Source: a virus
IMG/VR virus record: IMGVR_UViG_3300034069_000147
Span: 1 to 48,795 of that record
Reading direction: 5' to 3' (one strand)
Length of the DNA stretch: 48,795 bases
The notes beneath the pieces are model-generated. The model ran no database searches. It saw only the letters and a list, made by a program, of their open reading frames with translations, and was not told the origin of the DNA. The translations under genes were made by a program, and so were the position numbers. Below, piece by piece: positions 43,755 through 48,795 of the stretch (its first letter is position 1; each line of letters opens with the position of its first letter).

Positions 43755-43848
43755 ACGACAACTAAGACAATCAACTTTCGCCGTGCTTTTAGTTGTCGTT
43801 ATCTGTGCGCTCGACCAACGTTAGCCGGCTCCACAAGCCGGACGTTGG
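43755..43848 (-). other. Two strong hairpins in an intergenic region (regulatory RNA structure, processing site or non-canonical terminator)
   Basis: An 11-bp perfect inverted repeat ACGACAACTAA/TTAGTTGTCGT spans 43755-43799. CCAACGT(tag)CCGGC-loop-GCCGGACGTTGG spans 43815-43848. Confidence 0.4.
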
Positions 43849-43869
43849 CCAATCGTTGCAAGATGAACC

Positions 43870-44097
43870 TTAGCCATAGCTAGACCATCCTTCGACAAGG
43901 CGCCAATCGGCCGCTTGATCGGCCGGGCTGTGCTGGAATTCATAGCTCGCGCCAGCACCTTCGAACACAATCATAAGGCGCGGAGCATCCCAACCATGCG
44001 CTTCCGCCTTCAGCACCGATCCGCGCGACAGGCTATCGGACGTGACGCGCTCGCCAGCGGCCACTAGCTCTAGGGCTTCGTCGAGCGTCATGGCCAA
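43870..44097 (-). CDS. DUF2829-like small protein (same family as the anti-Thoeris sponge Tad2), 75 aa
   Basis: The N-terminus MTLDEALELVAAGERVTSDS and C-terminus SPADQAADWRLVE fit the DUF2829 pattern (F..A...l..G.kv.r ... DW.iv) as I remember it. No search was run. Confidence 0.4.
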   Translation of the reverse strand: MAMTLDEALELVAAGERVTSDSLSRGSVLKAEAHGWDAPRLMIVFEGAGASYEFQHSPADQAADWRLVEGWSSYG

Positions 44098-44453
44098 AAC
44101 TCGAAACGAGCCGCCATTTCTGCAATTTTATCTGTGGGAACATTGTGAACACTACCGTAATTGCCTTGGCAAATCACAATAGAGTAAGGAAAGCCGAGAT
44201 TGACATATGGCAGCAATTCCCATCGCCTAGTAAAAGTATTGCTGACAACAACGTCTTTGCCGGCGTTTAGCGAAGCTCTCGCGCTCTCAAGACACCAATC
44301 ATGGCATTCCTGAAGCTTATCGGGCATGAAGCTATAACGCCCGGCATCGTCGATCATAAGCATATCAGCTTCGAAATGATCGCGGCCAAGGCTTTTAGCG
44401 AGTGTCGTCTTGCCCGAACCCGGCAAGCCGCGAATTAGCAGCAAATGCGCCAT
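44088..44453 (-). CDS. P-loop kinase resembling the kinase domain of polynucleotide kinase (AAA_33-like), 121 aa
   Basis: Motifs are LIRGLPGSGKTTLA, VVVSNTFTRRWE (cf. T4 Pnk VIISDTNL..ERR) and SVHNVPTDKIAEMAARFE. There is no phosphatase domain. Confidence 0.55.
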   Translation of the reverse strand: MAHLLLIRGLPGSGKTTLAKSLGRDHFEADMLMIDDAGRYSFMPDKLQECHDWCLESARASLNAGKDVVVSNTFTRRWELLPYVNLGFPYSIVICQGNYGSVHNVPTDKIAEMAARFEFWP

Positions 44454-44497
44454 GTTGCCCGTTCCTTTGATAGTAGGCGATAGAAGCCGGCCTTAGA

Positions 44498-44950
44498 TCA
44501 GCCTAGCTTCAGAATGTCAACCCCTCCGCCGGAGAAAACATCGAACTTGCACGCGATGGCCACAGCCCCGGCCGCGCTCGCGCCAGCCTCCATAGCGCCA
44601 AGGGCATAGCCGGAGCCCGAACCAACCGCCATGAATTCGACTTCAACGATCGTGGGCATGTAGCTATCTTGGAAGTAAAGCACTTGACCGGACGGCTCAA
44701 CGTATAGGATTTCGAAATCCATTTCGCGTTCACTATTCTTGATAACCGGCCAATTGTCGTGATCCATGCCGGCTTCGATCCACGGGATAAGCCGCACAGA
44801 CGCGCCGACGATCGAAGATGACACACCGATAAGCGAGCCATTATCGAGCCGCTTTATCTTGCTTTTGCGCGCGTGCATGGCTTCGCCACGGCCAAGATAG
44901 GCTTGCCGATCAGCCGCCATGTAGCCGTCACGGAATGCGATAGTCGTCAT
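44498..44950 (-). CDS. HslV / proteasome-beta-like N-terminal-nucleophile hydrolase, 150 aa
   Basis: MTTIAFRDG... has the Thr nucleophile directly after Met. KSKIKRL corresponds to the HslV K33 region, and MAVGSGSGYALGA corresponds to HslV AIGSGGPYA. Confidence 0.6.
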   Translation of the reverse strand: MTTIAFRDGYMAADRQAYLGRGEAMHARKSKIKRLDNGSLIGVSSSIVGASVRLIPWIEAGMDHDNWPVIKNSEREMDFEILYVEPSGQVLYFQDSYMPTIVEVEFMAVGSGSGYALGAMEAGASAAGAVAIACKFDVFSGGGVDILKLG

Positions 44951-45080
44951 TTGTGTTGCCTTGGTGGTGGCACTCTTACCGGAGGAACCTTACAACGATA
45001 AGTGTTGCGCGCGAAAAAGTGCGGTTGAAGTTGGCAAGTAGGCAAAGACAACGCCAGCCCCATTGCCACGCAAAGCCGGA

Positions 45081-45269
45081 TCATTTGCTTGCTGCCTTTT
45101 CCTCTAAAATGCGAGCTTCGATAGCGACTAGCGACGCTTCGGCAAACTCAAGCCATTTGTTTTGCGTGGCGCGTTTCATTTGACTAGGCGGAGTGCCGGC
45201 GCGCTTAGCCATAGCCAAAGCCATATCTTCAATCAAAGATTGACGAAGACTGTTGCCATACTTAGGCAT
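45081..45269 (-). CDS. Hypothetical protein, 62 aa
   Basis: ATG 45269 (MPKYGNSLRQS...) overlaps the stop of the upstream 57-aa ORF by 8 nt. The track ORF over-extends to 45353. Confidence 0.5.
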   Translation of the reverse strand: MPKYGNSLRQSLIEDMALAMAKRAGTPPSQMKRATQNKWLEFAEASLVAIEARILEEKAASK

Positions 45270-45435
45270 TGGCTTTGATCCACGCTTCAGCTTCGGCTTT
45301 GCTGTCAAATAGCAGCGGCAAGCCGTCGTCGGCTCGCATAAGAATGTCGCCAAGCCGGACGGTAAACTTATCTGGCGTTATCTCGCCGCCGTCCGTCACG
45401 CGATAGCTTGAAGCCTTCAAATTTGCATCGGTCAC
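45262..45435 (-). CDS. Hypothetical protein, 57 aa (GTG start; not in the ORF track)
   Basis: Product is VTDANLKASSYRVTDGGEITPDKFTVRLGDILMRADDGLPLLFDSKAEAEAWIKANA. It is preceded by GGAGCAAGG and stop-start coupled to the next gene. It competes with the track ORF 45368..45562. Confidence 0.35.
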   Translation of the reverse strand: MTDANLKASSYRVTDGGEITPDKFTVRLGDILMRADDGLPLLFDSKAEAEAWIKANA

Positions 45436-45631
45436 AGCTAACCTTGCTCCATTCCAGAGTTGACGTTTCCGTGCGGAAAGGATCGCACAACGGGCCGGTC
45501 ACGTCACCATAGCCGGAGACATTGCGGCTCGATCGCATATGAATGACAGCCATCGTCACCACTCTTGATTGAAGATTTTGTCTTCTTCGGAGACAGACTT
45601 ATTCAGCCAAGCCCAAAAGCGTCGGAATAGA

Positions 45632-45847
45632 TTACGCATCGGCCATCGCCTCGATTTCGTGTTGCATGTCGCGGAGCGATGCCAAGACAGCTAAGACGGC
45701 GCCATCGCCCATCTTCACAAGGCACGCATTCGGGTTCGTCGGATGCTTGCATATCCAAGCAAGGTTGCGCGTATTCAGCAACACTTCGCCGGCACCTTTT
45801 TCGAAGCTGGCGTCGACGATGTTGCAACGGATGAATTGCCTAGCCAT
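45632..45847 (-). CDS. Hypothetical protein, 71 aa
   Basis: ORF overlaps the upstream gene end by 8 nt. Confidence 0.5.
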   Translation of the reverse strand: MARQFIRCNIVDASFEKGAGEVLLNTRNLAWICKHPTNPNACLVKMGDGAVLAVLASLRDMQHEIEAMADA

Positions 45848-46109
45848 CGGCTATCCTTTCAAGCTCATATGCGTAGGTATGCGCGGAGCTAAACAGGAAC
45901 ATACCTTTGAAGCGATCCGCACAGTTACGCAAGGTATCACGATAAAACGCCTCGCTAGTACCAATGCCGTTGGGCAAGGTATAAGAAACGTTGAATATCT
46001 TGTCGTGAACCACGTTGGCTACGGCCTCGCATTGATGCCAGATTTGGCCGCTATTGCGTAGCCGGATCGTCAGCCGGAACTTGTCGCCAAGCTCGACTAG
46101 CTTAGTCAC
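45840..46109 (-). CDS. Hypothetical protein, 89 aa
   Basis: GTG 46109 overlaps the upstream stop (GTGA). The track ORF extends to 46157. Confidence 0.5.
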   Translation of the reverse strand: MTKLVELGDKFRLTIRLRNSGQIWHQCEAVANVVHDKIFNVSYTLPNGIGTSEAFYRDTLRNCADRFKGMFLFSSAHTYAYELERIADG

Positions 46110-46306
46110 TTCGAAGAAACCTTGATAACGGCGTTGATAAATGCGGTCACCGCCCAAACGCCGACAGATATGGAAAAGACGTTATCGAACGTTGCGGCCC
46201 AAGAGCCGGGCGGAAAGCTATGCGTCCAATCCATGCAAAAGAACGCCAGCAACGCCGACCATTTGGCAACGGTCCAAGCGAAATCAGCGATACCTTCGAA
46301 AGCCAT
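46106..46306 (-). CDS. Small membrane protein, 66 aa, two hydrophobic helices
   Basis: Product is MAFEGIADFAWTVAKWSALLAFFCMDW...FSISVGVWAVTAFINAVI. The start context is GAAGGAACCGGGCAAATG. Confidence 0.55.
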   Translation of the reverse strand: MAFEGIADFAWTVAKWSALLAFFCMDWTHSFPPGSWAATFDNVFSISVGVWAVTAFINAVIKVSSK

Positions 46307-46329
46307 TTGCCCGGTTCCTTCGATGAAGT

Positions 46330-47001
46330 TCAAGCCGGCTTTAGCGGATACGGCGGCGCATCGCAAGGCCGAACGATCGTCCGCCACTTATCCGAAGGAT
46401 CGCCGAAAAGCTGAAGCTGTGCATCATATACAATGCCAAGGTGGCGCTTGCGCGCATACCATATCGCGGCTTGCACTTGATTGGCGATCATGCCGGCTGA
46501 AGCGGCCAACTCGCGCACGTCGGCTGCGATGGCTTCATATTGGCGCCGGCCTCGAATGATGGCTTCTTTCATCGTCAGACGCTCGGCAAGCCATGCCGCG
46601 TGAATATGGCCGTCGACTGTCACCGGCATAGGGTCAACAGGATCGACGATATTCAGAAAGAATGATCGTATCTTAGGCCCCTTCACCGTGGCGAGGAAAT
46701 CAACGTCACCATTGACATAGCCAAGTGCCCGAAGCTTGCAATGATTATACGTCGAGACTGTGACGCGCTCGGCTGGCGCATCCCGGTAGCACAGCACCGA
46801 AGCCAACGAGCGAAGGTTGCCGAAATAGTCGCTATTCGGTGACAACGCCACAAAGGCGGCCACAACGCGGCCAAGCTCCACGCCATAGCATTCGGCAAAG
46901 TCGGCCATGACAGCATTGTAACGCCGATATGCGAGCCGGCCTTCCGCTACGTCGTCGGCGTCGGCTCGATCGAGCATGGCGGCTAGGTTGGATATCGTCA
47001 C
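46330..47001 (-). CDS. Hypothetical protein, 223 aa (first gene of the minus-strand arm)
   Basis: Clean ORF next to the AT-rich control region. I recognise no motif with confidence. Confidence 0.65.
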   Translation of the reverse strand: MTISNLAAMLDRADADDVAEGRLAYRRYNAVMADFAECYGVELGRVVAAFVALSPNSDYFGNLRSLASVLCYRDAPAERVTVSTYNHCKLRALGYVNGDVDFLATVKGPKIRSFFLNIVDPVDPMPVTVDGHIHAAWLAERLTMKEAIIRGRRQYEAIAADVRELAASAGMIANQVQAAIWYARKRHLGIVYDAQLQLFGDPSDKWRTIVRPCDAPPYPLKPA

Positions 47002-47039
47002 GTTGCACGCTAAGCATAGCCTGAAGCCGTTGTCAACTC

Positions 47040-47445
47040 ATATGCCCACAGTTATTCCGGCTGCGGCGCGCTCGCTAAATCGGCACAATTAAAAATATAA
47101 GGCGTATAACGGGGCATTATATCGAGCGGAGCGGCGGAAAACTGCCATTTCTAATTAAAAATATAATGATATAATAAATATATAGAATACGAAGTAAATT
47201 ATAATTCGAATAAGCCGGAATAAACTTCAACAAATCGCCAACAATACCTTCAACAAATAGACGGACGCCCGAAAATAGGTGGAATTACAGAATGAGAAAA
47301 AATGATCGAGCCTTATATTTGAAAAACGTAATGAAATCAGACACTTAGTCGCCATATATGCCTTATAAGTCGCTTATATACCTAGGGCTTGCCATTATCT
47401 AGAACATGGTACACATTAAATATCGTGCATAGCCTAGGAATAATC
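47040..47445. promoter_or_regulatory. AT-rich divergent control region with direct repeats (promoters, operators and/or origin)
   Basis: About 400 bp with no plausible ORF, markedly AT-rich. AATTAAAAATATAA occurs at 47087-47100 and 47153-47166. CTTCAACAAAT occurs at 47225-47235 and 47248-47258. Confidence 0.6.
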
Positions 47446-47721
47446 ATGTCATATATCAGAACCGACGCACCGCCTCCCCCGCCACCACGAAAGGGCAAAG
47501 CTCCGGCTAAATTTGTATTCGACAAGCTTGAAGTCGGGCACAGCTTCTTTGTCGGCGACGTAGCGAACATTCCGGCTGGCGAGAAAGCCGAAGATTGTTC
47601 GTCGCAAGCAACGGTGGCAACCCAAGTGTCACGTCGCAACCGGGACGGCTCCGGGCGCGTCTTTCGATATGCTCGATACGCGGAGGATCGACGGTGGTGG
47701 CAAATCTATCGCGAAGCTTGA
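47446..47721 (+). CDS. Hypothetical protein, 91 aa, with poly-Pro and a FVFDKLEVGHSFFV motif
   Basis: ATG 47446 lies 6 nt after AGGA. Product is MSYIRTDAPPPPPPRKGKAPAKFVFDKLEVGHSFFV... Confidence 0.6.
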   Translation: MSYIRTDAPPPPPPRKGKAPAKFVFDKLEVGHSFFVGDVANIPAGEKAEDCSSQATVATQVSRRNRDGSGRVFRYARYAEDRRWWQIYREA

Positions 47722-47924
47722 TTGTGGGCACCACGATTGCAGCAACGTTCAAGGATCGAGCGCGCGGCCATATCGTCATGCGCTTGATCGGCGAGCCGAT
47801 CCAGAATGCGGACGGAACGTGGAGGCTTTATGGCAACCGTTGGGTTTACGCCAAGCGAGCCTTTGCTAAAGCCGCCAGTTGGGCCACCGTGCCTTCGTAT
47901 CGAATGATTGAGTGGACGGGTTGA
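47718..47924 (+). CDS. Hypothetical protein, about 68 aa
   Basis: The frame of the track ORF 47595..47924. TTG 47718 overlaps the upstream TGA; GTG 47724 is an alternative. Confidence 0.4.
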   Translation: MIVGTTIAATFKDRARGHIVMRLIGEPIQNADGTWRLYGNRWVYAKRAFAKAASWATVPSYRMIEWTG

Positions 47925-47977
47925 CAAGCCGGAACTTTCAGCTTAAACGCCGGTTTGTGATTGGAGAGGAAGCCGCA

Positions 47978-48325
47978 ATGATCGAACCAACTTTTTCGCC
48001 GCTTGCAGCCGATCATATGCGTAAGCGTGGCCTTCGCCCGTTCGATATGATCGGCTTCGTATTCGACGGCTTGAATGAAACTAATCCAGCCAAGGCCGTC
48101 GATCAACTCGACAAGAGCTATCAGCATGGCGGGGGCTGGCACGAATTGCCGGGTTTCAAGTTGTTTGAGCGCGGCGAACATAAGATGCTTTCATATCCGG
48201 GCGATCCGCCGATGGCGCTTATTGCTTATGTGAAGCTTCGAGACGAACTCATTATGCTTTTCGAAAGCTCTTGGGTTTGTGTTCGTCAACCCAACGGTGA
48301 TATTGCCGTGGCACGCATGGACTGA
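47978..48325 (+). CDS. Hypothetical protein, 115 aa
   Basis: ATG 47978 is preceded by GGAGAGGAAG. Product is MIEPTFSPLAADHMRKRGLRPF... Confidence 0.6.
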   Translation: MIEPTFSPLAADHMRKRGLRPFDMIGFVFDGLNETNPAKAVDQLDKSYQHGGGWHELPGFKLFERGEHKMLSYPGDPPMALIAYVKLRDELIMLFESSWVCVRQPNGDIAVARMD

Positions 48326-48336
48326 AGGAAACCAAC

Positions 48337-48795
48337 ATGAACGCTATTGACAAAGTGCGGCATATTCAGGCGATCATGGCCATGTCGGCCGCCGAAGCCA
48401 TATGCTATCAGACGTGGAGCGACGACTATTGCCGCGATAACATTCGTGGCGCCGTCGACCGCATTCTTCACCATACCGGATGCCCGAAGAATTATCCCGA
48501 TGCGGAACCGGCGATTGGCCGCGTCGACGTGACGGAGCTTTCCGACGACGAATGCGCCATTCTCGGCTTCAACAAGTGGACGGACGAACCGGGCGATAAG
48601 CTCGCCGGGCTGCGGTTGATCCCGCTCTATCTTTATCCGTTCCTCGCTTACGGGCAGAAACTTACGTCGATCATGGGCGAGACGAAGAAGGTTCGCCCAG
48701 GCTATGACGTGCGCGTCGACATGAAGGATGACGAAACGCACGTCGAGTTTCGAACCCGGTTGGCAATTTCGCCGTATATCGATGCCGATCATCGC
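48337..48795 (+). CDS. 5' part of the wrap-around hypothetical protein gene (continues at 1..312 after removing the 141-bp duplicate)
   Basis: ATG 48337 follows GAAGGAAACCAAC. The frame is open to the window end, and residues from 48655 onward repeat those encoded at 1-141. Confidence 0.7.
   Translation, partial: MNAIDKVRHIQAIMAMSAAEAICYQTWSDDYCRDNIRGAVDRILHHTGCPKNYPDAEPAIGRVDVTELSDDECAILGFNKWTDEPGDKLAGLRLIPLYLYPFLAYGQKLTSIMGETKKVRPGYDVRVDMKDDETHVEFRTRLAISPYIDADHR
48655..48795. repeat. Terminal direct repeat, identical to 1-141
   Basis: Base-by-base identity with the first 141 bases. Confidence 0.95.

Noticed and set aside
45368-45562. 64-aa track ORF as a stand-alone gene
   Set aside because: Its 3' half is implausible (…SRDGRRRDNAR) and overlaps a better-looking 57-aa ORF in another frame. 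It is kept only as an open question in the findings.
47846-48181. 111-aa minus-strand ORF in the plus-strand small-gene block
   Set aside because: It overlaps two co-directional plus-strand ORFs, one of which has a strong GGAGAGGAAG RBS. It has no start context of its own. Confidence in this rejection is only moderate.
48286-48792. 168-aa minus-strand ORF at the window end
   Set aside because: It is antisense to the wrap-around plus-strand gene, which has a good RBS and continues in frame across the junction. The composition is Arg-rich.
1-48795. Integrase/excisionase, partition or toxin-antitoxin modules, CRISPR arrays and rRNA genes
   Set aside because: None were recognised by motif reading on either strand. 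Absence is provisional, because many small ORFs have no recognisable motifs without a profile search.

Overview
The window is a complete genome of a tailed dsDNA phage with siphovirus-type architecture. Bases 1-141 are identical to 48655-48795, so the unique circle is 48,654 bp, and one gene (48337 -> wrap -> 312) spans the junction.

Layout:
- A short plus-strand block of small genes runs 47446 -> wrap -> 814.
- A minus-strand Cro/CI-like HTH plus prim-pol/helicase pair lies at 811-3383.
- A plus-strand replication/recombination operon lies at 3593-14081. It encodes an AAA_24-like ATPase, a DUF669-like SSB, a Cas4/RecB-like nuclease, an SF2 DEAH helicase, a putative beta-clamp-like protein, an N6-adenine methyltransferase and a family-B DNA polymerase.
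- One long minus-strand arm runs from 47001 down to 14212. In transcription order it holds small early genes, a VRR-NUC nuclease, tRNA-Gln(UUG), MazG, a self-contained GC-rich gene, a lysis cassette, then terS/terL, portal, MuF-like protein, scaffold, capsid, connectors, major tail protein, an SGNH esterase, tail chaperones, a 2119-aa tape measure, and tail tip/fibre genes.

No integrase, excisionase, partition genes, CRISPR array or rRNA were recognised. Codon style, the GH108 endolysin and the IGHNGGPP motif suggest an alphaproteobacterial host, but this is inference only.

I cannot demonstrate a clearly novel multi-gene system from sequence alone. The best candidates for follow-up are:
- the early-gene trio 43870-44950 (DUF2829/Tad2-like protein, PNK-like kinase, HslV/proteasome-beta-like Ntn hydrolase);
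- the terminator-flanked SGNH esterase inside the tail module;
- the promoter/terminator-bounded GC-rich gene 40318-40998, which has a motif paralog at 47446-47721;
- a membrane-anchored DnaJ-type zinc-finger miniprotein;
- the AT-rich repeat-bearing divergent control region 47040-47445.

All functional calls come from motif recognition by eye. No database search was run.
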